This document shows, piece after piece, positions 49,075 through 61,912 of a stretch of DNA of 64,000 bases. The DNA is from Utricularia gibba (Eukaryota; Plantae; Magnoliophyta). How positions within the stretch are numbered: position 1 is the first letter of the stretch; each line of letters begins with the position of its first letter. The notes beneath the pieces are model-generated. The model was not told the DNA's origin and did not search any database. It worked only from the letters and a program-made list of their open reading frames with translations. Both the position numbers and the translations under genes were made by a program. The stretch spans positions 5,146,001-5,210,000 of the forward strand of contig NEEC01000004.1 in assembly GCA_002189035.1 (NCBI GenBank), in the 5' to 3' direction.

Positions 49075-50376
49075 ATGGATCCTCACAACTCCGACAATAT
49101 TCCATTCCCAAATTTTCATTTCGATCCGAATGATATTCCATTCTTTATGCCTAGCCATAGTGATGTTATCATTGATGCTGTTGAAGTTGTTGTTGATTTA
49201 TTAGAAGATGAACCAAATACGTCTCGAAAGCAAAGAGGAAAGCGTGCATATATTGATCGTGATCGTGAGATGGACAATACTCGTTTGGTAGCAGATTATT
49301 TCTCTATTAATGCTACATACACTGATCAAATGTTTCATCGTCGTTTCAGAATGCGTCGTAGTTTGTTTGAGCGTATTATGTGCAGTGTTCGGGAAGTAGA
49401 TCCATATTTACAAGAAAGCATTGATGCAACAGGTCGTGTCTCATTAACTACAATGCAAAAGTGCACTGCTGCTATGCGAATGATGGCTTATGGATATGGT
49501 GCTGATGCTTGTGATGAATATCTTCGAATTGGTGAGTCTACTGCCCTCAAATGCTTAAGATCTTTTGTATCTGCAATTCGTATTGTATTCGAGACAGAAT
49601 ATATGAGGTGTCCCAATTCAAGTGATATTCAAAAATTGCTTTTATGGGGAGAGGAAAGAGGATTCCCAGGCATGCTCGGAAGTATAGATTGCATGTATTG
49701 GGAGTGGAAGAATTGTGCAATGGCTTGGAAAGGTCAATATAGTCGTGGACATGGTTCGTCTACTGTTATCCTAGAGGCTGTAGCTTCAAAGGATACTTGG
49801 ATATGTCATTCTTTCTTTGGAGCTCCTAGTTCTAATAATGATCTTAATGTGTTGTCTCATTCACCTTTATTCGATGATTTGCATCGAGGTATTGCCCCTC
49901 CGGTCGAATACTTTGGGAAGAAATATGACATGGGATATTATTTAGCTGATGGTATTTATCCTGAATGGTCTGTTTTCATGAAGACTATCACTCTTCCACA
50001 AAATCCGAAAACAAGGTTATTTGCTAGTACTCAAGAAAGTGCAAGGAAGGATGTAGAAAGAGCATTTAGAGTGCTTCAAGCAAGATTTGGGATCATTTAC
50101 TTACCAGCTCGAGTATGGGATCATCAAACGCTTATCAATATTATGTATGCGGCAATAATTTTACACAATATGATAGTAGAAGATGAATGTGATGAGAATC
50201 AGCCAAGCCCTGAAGATTATGATCGATTTAATGTTGGACAACTGCCCAATCTTCTAAGACAAAATATTTAAGCTTTTGAAGACTATCTTGATAGAGTTAT
50301 AAAATCCAGAGAAAAAACGTTGCACAAACAACTCAAGGCAGACTTGATCGATCACATTTGGGCTAAATTTGGTTAA
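49075..50376 (+). CDS. Harbinger transposase (DDE nuclease) with a premature stop near the C-terminus
   Basis: FHRRFRMRRSLF; GMLGSIDCMYWEWKNC; YYLADGIYP; RKDVERAF (D, D and E intact). TAA at 50269-50271 is followed in frame by AFEDYL...HKQLKADLIDHIWAKFG*. Confidence 0.88.
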
Positions 50377-50797
50377 TTTAAAGTATCTAATATTAAGTTG
50401 TTTTTCATATTATGTTGTATGGTTGTTGTATTTTTAAGTAATAAATAATAAATTTAAATAATATAAAAATGGATAATGTTAATTATTCAATAATCAAATG
50501 TCCGGACACCAATCTGAAAAAAAATGTAAAGATGATGTGTAATTTTATATATTAAATTTTAATTAAAATAAATGTGATGTGGAAGATGGAGAATATGATA
50601 TTTAAAAAAAAATTAATTGCTTTGGACGATGTGGATGCTATTAGATTTCGATTGTGATCACTGTTCATGAAATGGTAGAACGAAGGCAATTCCACATGTT
50701 AGTTCTGCTGAGTATCCAATTTTGCTTCTTTTGAACAATTGTGATCAACAAAAATCACGTCTTTTCGTCAATGTGTACAGGTAATGAGAAAAGGTAA

Positions 50798-51939
50798 TCA
50801 TGATCTCCCGAATCCTAGAGCTTTCTTCCTTCTCCGTGCATCAATTCTCTCAGGGCTCGGCATTCCTGTTCTCATTTCATATTTCTTCTCCAGGGCCTGC
50901 AACTCATCGCGTATAGTGTCGAGAACCTGTTCGCTCATTCTCTCGAAGAACAGAACGCCCTGCCAACAACTTGGATTCAAAATCCTGGATAACAAGCAGC
51001 AAGAGATGTTGATTTTACAGACAAGCACCTGAAGATGATCATATTCATGCTGGAAAACCCTGGCAGGGAGCCCACTGAGGTTGATCTCAAACCTCGCCCC
51101 TGTGACATCCTGAGCATCAACCTTCAACGAATCCGGCCTCTGTATGTAACAAAGCCCAGAAATGTATCATGTCCAGTGTCACTGGCCTTGGCCTTAAAGG
51201 TAAACAGTGACAAGCAGATTGTTATGGAAACAGGGAAAGTGCCCCCTTAGAGTATTGTACCATAACATCAGCATAAATCCCAGGAAAAGACAAGCAGCCC
51301 TCGTTGAAAGGCACAATCTTTCTGGAGAACTGATTTATGCGCGGATTTATCAGAACGAAGTCGTTCCCTTCACCGGGTTCACCGGAGGGATTAAAGACCA
51401 TAAGTTGAAGATTGATCCCCACCTGGGGCGCCGACAGCCCAATGCCATCAGTTCTGGGAATTTTATCCACTAAACGATCAGAAAAGCACCAACTTCAACA
51501 ACGAGGCCAATTGAGAAAGAACTCACCTGTACATTACATCGAACATCTCGTCTACAAGCCTCTGTAATGACTCGTCAAAAGTATTGATTCGCTTGTTTTT
51601 CGCTCGCAGAACCGGGTCTGGGTACTCCACGACTTTCAGTGGAGGCTCGAATTCGAAATCAGCCGCTATCCTCGCAATTTACAAAAATGAAAATGAGACA
51701 AAAAGATTCCAACTTTGGTGAGCATCCGCCTCAAGCATCTGTGTTATAAACAAGGGCTTACGAGAGGCTAATAGTTGTTCCTCCTTAGACGTTGAAGTGG
51801 AGCTCCGCCGTGCCTGAGCCAAAACCGGCCGCCGGAGGGTGGCCAATAAAGAAGGCAACGTAGAAGAGGTTCGTCGCCGGAAAAACGGGGTGAATTCGCC
51901 GCGGAGAGTGGGGTACCGGAGAAAAATCCCAGCTGCCAT
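50798..51939 (-). CDS. PDF1B: Peptide deformylase 1B, organellar
   Basis: Transit peptide MAAGIFLRYP...; GIGLSAPQVG, EGCLSFP and FQHEYDHL motifs; basic C-terminus RRRKKALGFGRS*. Confidence 0.95.
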
Positions 51940-52670
51940 TCTCCGATAACCACACAACCCTTCTCGCCCAGTAATTGCACTGAGATGATACGATAATCAG
52001 CGACAGCACCCTGGCCGACCATCGGCCCATTCCGGAGTAAAACTGGACTCGCTTTGGGCTCTGAATAATTTCCTCAGCCCACTGAGTTAGATTCCGATCG
52101 CAAAGACCTGGGCACGTGTCCGGAGGAGATGGCGTGCAGATGTCCCTCCGCTGCAGCTTCCAGCTCCATAGCCCTTCCCCTGCCGTCGACTTGTACTTAT
52201 CAAATCCGTTGAATTCAAAGGGAATCGGTGGGCATCTATGATGCGGTGGTCGCAGGTTCATGCAACTGCACGTGGGTCGCTGGTAATTCGCCAGAGGGAT
52301 AGGGAAGCTTGTCAGATGGATGGGGAGGAGGAGGGAATCATGAAGGAGATTGATGATGATGACTTTGTGCAGCAAAGTTTACATGGGCATCACCAACAAC
52401 TGTTCCAATTGTACTTACTGCACATCATCCTGGAACACCGATAACCATCGGGGCGACAACCGCCGTATCCCACTCTTTCTTTCTTTCTACTTCCGCATCA
52501 AGTTCAGTTTCGCCTCATTCTGCCATGTTTCACACTGAAAGTTTTCTTCTTTTCCCATCTTAACAATGAAAACCAGGTAATTTAATGGTCGATTAAGGTT
52601 AATGGTGAGAAAATTGAGAGGGTAATACTCGCTGACTCAAAAGATCAAACATTTTAGGCATCTACACTTG

Positions 52671-54245
52671 TCAAACCTCTCTCGGATCAACAAAAATGGG
52701 GTCACCACCGGGAGATTTTATCCAGTCAAAACAAGGGTTGGCTACTCTTAGCCGTTTGATGCACCACAGGTCTTCATCGCAGGAGAAGCGTTTCCAATGT
52801 GGGATCCCGTGGCGGAGAGGGTCATCACCGGAGACTTCGGTGGCCACCACCGCGCAGCCGTGGTCCGCGGCAAGGTTATGGGCGAACCCGGTTAAGGATT
52901 TCATCATCCCCGCTGCGTCGGGACCCTCGCCGCCGAGTCCGTATAGAAAATGAAACCCGAACGGGCGGAAAAAGTCTGGAACCGACGGCAGTCGGAGGAA
53001 CGGCAGAGCTCTGTCCACCACGCGCGTCATCCCCGACAACGCTTTCCTCAATCTTGACGCGCCGCGCACCTCCAGATTAAAAACCTCTTTCCCATTCCAC
53101 ACGCTGAGAACCGCCCACGACTCCGGTGGCCGGACGAGGAACTTGTGGGCTCCAGGCCACGTGTCGGCAGTGTAGGACCCTGTCGGTACGGCGACAAAAG
53201 TGCCGATATTAAGTCTGTTGTTCAGAACGGCGTCGATATCCCCGGGGAAAAACTCCCTCGACGAAAACCGCCGCCTGTAGAAAGTCTCCGCGTCGAGAGG
53301 GCTCAGGCGAATGATGGCCACACGCCGGGGAACACGAACATGGTGCGCAAACACCGGCTGCACCAAAACCGCCGGCGTACGGAATTTCTTATACCCACAT
53401 TTTCTCGTGAAGAGGTTCAGCGACGCCAAGTTATCCTTCTCGGTAGCCATGTACGAGTACTCCGCGCCGCTCTCGACGAACCACTTCTCCATTTTCCGCA
53501 CCAAGTTCTCCCCAATCCCCATCCTCCTGTAAAAGAAAGACATTGCATTTCCCCCATATTACATAAACGCCATTCTAAACATGGAAAATTTACACAAAGA
53601 GATCGACAGAATCCACAGCATGCACAAACAGCAAAGCCTAGAGGAGCATATTGGGGTTTCTTTTCTCAAGTATCGCTATCACAAAAGCGTTGAAAGCCAC
53701 CATATGGTCGACCTAGTGACGTGTCCGAGTCCGTGTCCGGGTCCATGGAAAAGCATGAGGGGCTTACCGATGAGAAGGAGAAACCCGAAGGCCTAAAATG
53801 TAGGCGGCTTTGGTGTAAATAGGAGACGGTTGAGTGGAGCAGTTAGTATCTCCATTCTTGATGGTTCCACAGGTAACGGTCTTGATGCATCCCCTGATCA
53901 CACCCACTATCTCCCGTCGCTCCTTCTCCCTCCCGTCGGCGCCGCCCACTAGCACCAGCTCCGCCACCTGAGTACAGACACGGGGGGAACCGGGAATTAA
54001 ATAGAGCTTGCGATGCAGGAATCTATAGGGGGACAAACCAGCATGAGATGCGACGGGGTGTGGCGAACCCGGCACATGGGGTCACCCAGATGGTCGGTGT
54101 AGAGGCAGAGTTTCCCGGCGGGGCCAGACTCGCAGCGCCGCTCCACCGCCTCCACGGCTCGGCAGTCCTTCTTAGCGTCGTACTCACGAACCACAACCAC
54201 CGCCACCATGGTCTGTGCTTGTTCTCCGGACACTGTATCCGCCAT
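52671..54245 (-). CDS. HLS1: HOOKLESS1-like GNAT N-acetyltransferase, 3 exons
   Basis: VVREYDAKKDCRAVEAVERRCESGP...GDPMCRVRHTPSHLML / VAE...EIVGVIRGCIKTVTCG...AYILGLRVSPSHR / RMGIGENLV...YMATEKDNLASLNLFT...SCDEDLWCIKRL...IFVDPREV*. ATG at 54245 or 54209. Confidence 0.93.
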
Positions 54246-57200
54246 TAAGCTCCACCTCCGCTCACCCTCCTATGTTACCATTTATACTGGGAGGCTCAAG
54301 GGAAGAAGAAGAGACAAAAATCAGCCGCAGCTTTTATGGCGAAGGCTGCGAATTTATAGGGTCTACAGAAAAATCGTAGCAGAAGCAAGAAATAGGACTC
54401 GGTGGATCTGGATCCTAGGCCTGGATTCGGAACAGTATCGAAACTATTTATTTTTAATAATAAAATAATCCGCCGCCTAAAAAAAAGATGCCGAAAGTTA
54501 TGACATGATGATGCGCAATTAAAACCTAACTTCCAAAATCACTCCAATTATACATTATTTAAAATTTTCCCAAACTTTCCTGATATTTTGGGATTTTCTT
54601 TTTTTTCCAAAATAAAATAATACAAAAATTAGCTCCAAATTTGATTTTTGAATCAAAAATTGCATGAACTTTGATGTTCTCGTTGATGATGACATGTACA
54701 TTTAAGGAGTATTTCAATCGACATGAGGGGGCAGCAAGGGGCCGGGACCCCCTCCACACCCCCTCTTTTTTTGCCTTTAGATTACGTGCTATTTCATATA
54801 TTTAATCTGCACTTGACCTCCATTTTTAACAAAATTAATCACTTGTTGCATGCATGTGATTAATAAATCAAAGTAGCAAAGGAAACGCATGATGATGCAA
54901 ACATCATATCTGATGTAGTATTTAGAAAAAAATTTACAACCTATTTTTATTCTTTTTAATAGTGTTGCAATATGAACAAAATCACTAAAAAATAATACGC
55001 ATTATACAATGCTTGATTATACCTATTAAAAAATAAAAAATTTGATAGACGCACACGTGAAACCTAAATATATAATAAATATATATTATAATAAAAAAAG
55101 ATAAAACTCAATCAATTTTAATTAATTATATAATTGAATATTTCATTTTAATTTTCTATAATTATTTATTTTAATACTTATCCTCAAGTCGAAATACGAC
55201 ACCTATCCAAAAACCATGACCCAAATGTTAATTGATTGTGGATGTAATTTTTAAGAGAACAGCAAATAGTACTTCAAAAGTTTACAATTACCTACTTTTG
55301 ATTTAACAAGTGCAAAAATAATACCTTCTGATTCCAAACAAAGTTTTTTTTTTTTTTTTTTTTTGGGTTCACTTGTACTTTTGTTTTTATTTTTGGCAGG
55401 TTTTTTAGAAGCTTCGTTTCTATTTCGGTAGAGACGTGTCGGATCCGCGGTATGGGAAGAAGCTAAGTTGTTCTTCTACTGCGAGGCATGGATCTTGAAT
55501 TCAATGGAATGATCAATAGAATAGAGTAGGAGATTTTACGCGGGAAAGACACGCAGTGGGCAAGTTGTAGAGACTTTTACGTGGGTGGCCGTGATAGGAT
55601 CTTGCGACATTTTTGTAAGATTAAGGTACACTTGTCGCCCTTTTCTTTTCGCTTTTTAATGTTAGAATTTCGAAAGATATTGACTGTGTTTTATGGGAGG
55701 GAATTCATGTTCCAAATGAAGAAGATCCAAGGAAAATCTAACCCTCTTTTGACATTTCCGGTGCGCAAATAATTTGTGGGCGATGATTCTTTTGAAAATT
55801 CCTAGGCGTCGTAGACCATCGGAGCCGCCGCCGCGATCCCGGTCATCACATAAATAACTCACAACACACAAAACAAAACACACAACTCATATTTGTTATA
55901 TTATGATGTCTTATAAGGAATTGATTTACAAAAATTAGAAACTAGAAACGCTTTTAAAGTTATTGTAACAAAAATCGATCGTATTTGTTAAAAACTAGAA
56001 ACGCTTCCAAACATATATTTATTCTCTTCTATTGTTTTGACGATCTTTTTCTTATATAAGTGGGAAATATAATAATGATAAGTGATGAAATTGATCAAAG
56101 CATAGTATAAGTAACTCAGCAATATACAAAAATAGTTTGGACATCATTATATTTAATTAATTTATATGATTCAAAGTGGTCTGGTCGTGTTTTTTAAACT
56201 TATCTAAAAGTGCGAAGATTATGTATATAATTTCATCAAAGAAACCTACTGCATGCCAACCCCACTTGATCCAAATTCCACAACCTTGACCGCGTGAATG
56301 ATTTCATCCTTACCGGAAAACAGTGGAAACCAACCCATGGAGATATCACCTTTTGCACTCTGAAATCTCATACCCTATCGAATAATCAGTTGCAAATTAG
56401 GTTAATGGGGGAGTGAATGGAGGATGGGTGGAAGATTTAGTGATGTAGCAAACAATCAAATATCGTAAAATTAAAGTGATATAATCAAATATATAATAAA
56501 TTATAGATCAAATTCAATCTAATATTCATGAATTTGTTTTATATTTTTGTGTATTTGGGGCTTATATTTCGATTATCGAATCTTTGAGTTAAACATTAGG
56601 CTCCACGAAGTAGAGATTAAAGAAAAAAGAAAAGGGTTCGGAGGGGTCAAAGTTAGGATGATACGGTTTTTATTGTTGAATCTTGGTTCCACAGTCGATG
56701 TTTTAAAACTACCCATGGAAAAAAAAGCTTCCTCTTTTGACAATTCCATCCATGGGGTTTACTTCCAAACCCAAACCTTGGCGTCTCTTGTTTCCACAGT
56801 ATACCCTTCTGCTGCATGCCGACGGGGTGTGGGGAAGAAGAGGAAGAGGTCCATTCCGTCGGGCCCATACGGTGGGCCTGAAATTTGGGCCTCCGGGGAC
56901 TCGACTCTACTCCGTGCCCATCCCAGACAGGGGCCCAATGTACGGATGGTTCAGAGATGGAGTGTAATTACTTAACTACCCCTACGGCCGGCGTGGGCCC
57001 CAGAGGTGGGGGATAAGGACGCCACGTTCGCGGAGGTCTTCCGGGAGGGAAAACGACGTCGCATTGTGCTGTCGTTTTGCAGCATTTTCCGGGGAACAGG
57101 GGTTGCAGTGTATCTCTTTCTCCGGGTCAGAGATCTTTGCTTTTGCTGATCGGAAGACCCCAACTTGATCGACGGATGCACAAGCATAGGAAAAGACAAT

Positions 57201-57300
57201 ATTACCCTTTCCATCAACGAACGGCTATTATTAATCTATTTTGTTCCGAATTAGAATTTATAAATTATTTATAATTCTGCGTAAATAAATATGATGCGCG

Positions 57301-57308
57301 TGACGTCA
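57301..57308. promoter_or_regulatory. TGACGTCA palindrome (bZIP/TGA site) upstream of the LBD gene
   Basis: Exact octamer about 430 bp upstream of the ATG; TATA-like TTATATA at 57601. Confidence 0.35.
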
Positions 57309-57732
57309 TTTTCCAATCTTCTTGTCTGGCAGCAAATCCCCAAAAAGGACGACGAGATAATAACGCAGAGGAAAAGGGAAGGGGAGGGTACGTACAGTGT
57401 AGTGGTCCAGGAACACCGCAACTTGCACCGTCCAATCAGAACCCGGAATCTGTATCCGACGGTCCAGAATCGCTCCACCGCGAAAACTTGCAGCCGCTAT
57501 CTGCCCATGCCCAGCACTTGGGAATCTAACCCGACCACTAACCAGGGTGTGGTTAATCGTAACCCTGGATGCGCACACCCGTTTCCATTTCTATTCCTCT
57601 TTATATACGCCTCCCCGTTCCACTTTCCCAGGTCTCTTTGTCTGAATTCTTGCATTCAAGTCTCGGATTTTTAAAATTCTTCGCTGGCATTCTCAGTCGG
57701 ATCCCCTCTGTTTTGCTTTGTGTGTTTGCATC

Positions 57733-58480
57733 ATGAGTTGTAATGGATGCAGAGTTTTGCGAAAAGGGTGCAGTGAAAGCTGTGTTTTGCGGCCTTGCTT
57801 GCAGTGGATCCAAGGCGCTGAAGCTCAGGGGCACGCCACCGTCTTCGTCGCCAAGTTCTTCGGCCGTGCCGGCCTCATGGGCTTCATCTCAGCCGTGCCG
57901 GAAAATCAACGTCCCTGTATGTCCATGTATTTTTTTGTTTGCCCCATTTTAGTATATTCTCATTTTCCTTGGGCATTCTTGGAATACATTGAATTTTTGG
58001 ATTGATCGGAATTCCTATTTCTTTTGTCAAAATGCACACTTTTCAAACCACGATGCATATGGTTGGTGTGCAGCGGTTTTTCGATCGCTTTTGTTTGAGG
58101 CTGTGGGAAGAACAGTGAACCCGGTGAATGGAGCAGTGGGGCTTATGTGGACGGGGAACTGGCACGTTTGCCAGGCGGCGGTGGAGACCGTCCTCCGCGG
58201 CGGCGCCCTGAAGCCGATACGCGATACTCTGGGACCCGTCCCAGGTCTGGACGATGGCTCCGACTGCACGGACATTTTCAGGGTAGAGGTTTCGATGGAG
58301 AAGCTGTACGTGGGCATTGGCGAGCCTAAAGACCTTGATCTCTGCCTCTCACCGGGCGGATCCCAGCCGCTACCCCGCCATAGCGGAAGCCCGTCGATGA
58401 ATTCCGAGGATTCCGTGATCACCACCTGTGGCGGCGACCACACCCCAAATGGAGTGAAGCTACTCAACTTGTTCAACTAA
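57733..58480 (+). CDS. Class II LOB-domain protein, LBD37/38/39-like, 2 exons
   Basis: [26 protein letters not shown]...[15 protein letters not shown] (exon 1 to 57916); exon 2 from 58074 [42 protein letters not shown]...LDLCL...KLLNLFN*. Confidence 0.95.
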
Positions 58481-60697
58481 CCCAATAATAAACAAGAACG
58501 GCATGGACACCCGGTTCTTCCTTCGCCATCGCAGAGTGACTGACCCCTGGTTTTGTTTCCTGTATTCTCGAGAGATGAATTCAATGCGCGATCTGCATTC
58601 GGTGTTCCTTCCCTTCACCACGAACCACACGGGTATCGATCGGGTCGACCCGGAACTGGGATTCAAGAAGCTAGTAATATCAGTGTACTTGCCCAAAGAA
58701 AATGTTGCGAGATTTGCCTTTTATTGTCGTGTTCTTTGACGGGGTGCCGACAACGACAAAGAAAGTGGATTGCTGCGAATCTGAATCCGTGCTTATCTGA
58801 TAGATCAACGCCAAGTCTCAGAAAAATGAACGGGTCACCCGCCCACCCACTCAGCCCGGGTCTGGGTCTGGGTCTAGGGGGCCCCGTTTTGTCGTCTTCC
58901 TGGAGTCTCACATAAATGCCCTCACAGTCTCGCCTGCCTCTTTCGTCTTATTTATTTTCTTTTATTACTATATTATTAATTAAAAATAGAAAACATTGTT
59001 TTTTTTAGCAAGAGCCTCACCCCTCTGTCCCTCTGTCTGACACCGCCAAGTCGGTTGGAATGAACCCGGTTCGGCTCTGCTTCCAATGTAACCTTCTATT
59101 TTACTAAAAATCATATTGTTAATTCCAATATCTAATTTTTACTATTTTATGTTTTGTTTACGAAAAAACACTTCATACAAGATTAATGACCTATTTATCA
59201 CATTTGTAGTTGATCCAATATTTTCTTGCACGATATTATTTTAAAATGATTTTGCTTAAATAATAAATTAATTAAAAAATTTAAACCCATAAATTTTAAA
59301 ATGGGGTATCAAATAATTCTAATATATACTCCGAACGTGTCATATTCTAGATCCACAAATTCCATTTAAAAACATTCAAGTAAACCGATTTGTAGAAACC
59401 CACGGACCGGAAAACCGGCTGTCGCTGATATAAATAAATAAAGAACCGGCTGTCCGGAACCGGACGTGACTCATAAATGAGCGGGGGGTCTGGCCGGCTG
59501 CGCGCCTCATCACACCCCGAAAGGTTTTTCTATTTTTTAATCCTATTTAATAAATTATTTTATTGTTTTTTTTATCGAGGAGCAAAATAAAATAATGACA
59601 AAAGGATAAGGACGAGCAGGAGCCTGTGAGCGGACTTCACCATCGCCCATGTTCCTTTTCATCATCCGTCACAAACTTCCGAGCTTATTGGTGCACATGG
59701 GATCCAGTTCCGATGGTGCTCTTCAGTTGCATTTCCCGGTCGGTCGGCGTCGTCCTTCCGACGAGCAGCAGCCGCTGTCGGGAGATGTGGTCCAGAAAAC
59801 GGAATGCAAGACACGTATATGATCTTCTGGGCTTACTTTATAGAAACATGCAGATTCATATCTTCAGAAAGTAATATTTTTTTATATTAATGTCATTTTC
59901 GGTTTAAATTCATATAACTCTTATCATCCATATAATATTCTTAAAGTTGTATGGGTTTAAATTATTAGAACCAAAAATAATAAATCATTATTTGAAAATG
60001 AAATAATAAAAAAGATATGAAATTAAAGATTACTAATAATTGATTGGTTGTAATCTGTTTTTAATATAATAACTTCATAAGTATTTGTCTGACTCATTAC
60101 ATCCTTAATTTTAACATTACTATAATAGACTTGTAATCAATTTTGTAATTTTGATATTAATTATTAAAGTCGATTCTAATTCTATAACGCTATTAATAGC
60201 TGAAAGTTAACACAATTACTTTACTAATTAAAATTCAAGAAAATGATTTGTTATTAGTAATGATGTTATTAATACCATGTTTGATAGAACGTGAAATCTT
60301 AATTTGTGTTAAATAAAAATTATAATATATATATATGATAAAAATCGATATTTAACGAATATATTTAGAATTATATTGAAATAAAATTTATTTCATTTCC
60401 ATATCTAATAATCCCACACATATCTAATCTCGATTAAATTAACATATTATACCTACTACTTAAGGACTACTTAAGATTGAACCCCTCCACCCAATGCTTG
60501 ACTTTTGACATATAATATTGTAATTATTGCAAAGAAGTCTATGCTTTTCCACCATGATTAACATAATGTAAGTTAATTATGATTAATATTCATTATTTGA
60601 TATCTCAATGAAATTATAGAAATACATGTGTAACGTCACGTAGCGTGTAACATAATCTTAAAAGAATGAAAGTGATCATCGACCGGGACCAAATCTC

Positions 60698-61912
60698 TTA
60701 GTTGAACCTTGAGCAATCAAACCGGATGTTCCCATTTGCCCCGTTCTTGACTCCGACCCGGCCCAATTTTGTAATAGCCTGAACGAACGCCATATTGAAG
60801 CCAATCGGGTCGGAGGCCCACTGCTCAACCAAGCCCCTGGATCTCGGGTCGGTGTATAGAACTTGATCCGAACTCAACAGGCCCCTACCCGCAACGAGAT
60901 TCTGGAAGTAGAGATTATCGAACGCCCTCGGCGTCGTCGGGTCCAGCTCCGCCACCACCCTCGAGTCCGGGTTCAGGGGACACGTGTTCTGAAGTTGCAG
61001 AGCGTACTGTTGATCCAAGGTCGGGTCGACTGGGCTGTCAGCCGTGAAGTTGTAGATCCGGCTGGAGAACCGGTTGCAGTGCGCGAATCCCACCGTGTGC
61101 GCTCCTGCAGCAATGATCGGAGATTATCGCCGGCGTAGTTGGGTGGTAGGAGGTTGTGTGTTTGGTACCTGAAAGGGCGATCATATCAGCTTGAGAGAGG
61201 CCCCTGTCGGCGAACATGGCGTTGAGCTGATCCAGGTTGAAGGAAGGCTCCGGCAAATTTCCGTCAACGCTGGAAGCAGTTGAACTGAGGGCATCAAGTC
61301 GCCCCAACTCCACAGGGTACCATGGACCACCGCCCTATATTTTCCCGGAGTTAACAGTATTGATGATAATAGTAGTATCCATGCATCGCTTTTGCCTTTT
61401 GGGACCAAGAAAGGGACAAAAACCAACCAGAAAAACGGCGTCTCGAGCTGCCAAGGCGAGAATATCCGCACAGGACACCCTGTTTCTGCACCCAGGGACG
61501 CTGTCCACGGCCTCCTTCGCTTTGAGGACGGTATCGAATCCATCTCCAGCGAGCGAGAGGTTATCTGGGTGGTCCTTCTCCGCCGTGTTCCCCGCCGCCG
61601 AAGCGATCAGCACCGACCCATCGCACCCCTGTCCACAGAACACCATCACCGCTAAAAACACACTGCGCACTTCTCCTAAAAAACCAAAAGTTGACAAATG
61701 CGCACGTTAACAATGCAATCATGGAAAAACAGTCGAATCACGGCAGGGACGGTGATCGCAGTCTGTGAGAACTTCTCGAACACAGCACTCCGGACAACGT
61801 TTTCGACGTCGGGGCAGATCCCGGCGTAGTAGTTGAGGCGGAGCTGGCCGGCGATCAACTCCGGGAAGACGAGAGAAAGTAGGACTAAAAGCTTTGCCAC
61901 CGTACCTGCCAT
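60698..61912 (-). CDS. Class III secretory peroxidase, 4 exons
   Basis: Signal peptide; [12 protein letters not shown]; RLFFHDC; GCDGSV; [13 protein letters not shown]; VELGRLD; [15 protein letters not shown]; FDNLYFQNL; LLSSDQVL; KLGRVGVK...IRFDCSRFN*. Confidence 0.96.

Larger units (their letters stand above)
46968..50640 (+). mobile_element. PIF/Harbinger DNA transposon, full-length but decayed
   Basis: Imperfect 14-bp TIRs (GAGCATCTCCATCG at 46968; right end reverse complement TAGCATCCACATCG, 11/14 match); flanks TTT and TTA (TTA-type target duplication); Myb/SANT-like ORF1 plus DDE transposase in tandem. Confidence 0.88.

Noticed and set aside
51785-52538. ORFs upstream of PDF1B, including an acidic 68-aa ORF faintly like a phytosulfokine precursor and a Cys-rich frame
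   Set aside because: No signal peptide and no DYIYTQ motif. The 196-aa minus ORF begins at a non-ATG codon and matches nothing I recognise.
55430-55870. GC-richer island that might be a retroelement remnant
   Set aside because: No RT, RNase H, integrase or LTR signature could be read.
59649-59822. 57-aa ORF containing LHFPVGR, similar to histone H2A LQFPVGR
   Set aside because: The match is limited to a few residues, no histone fold follows, and there is no promoter evidence.
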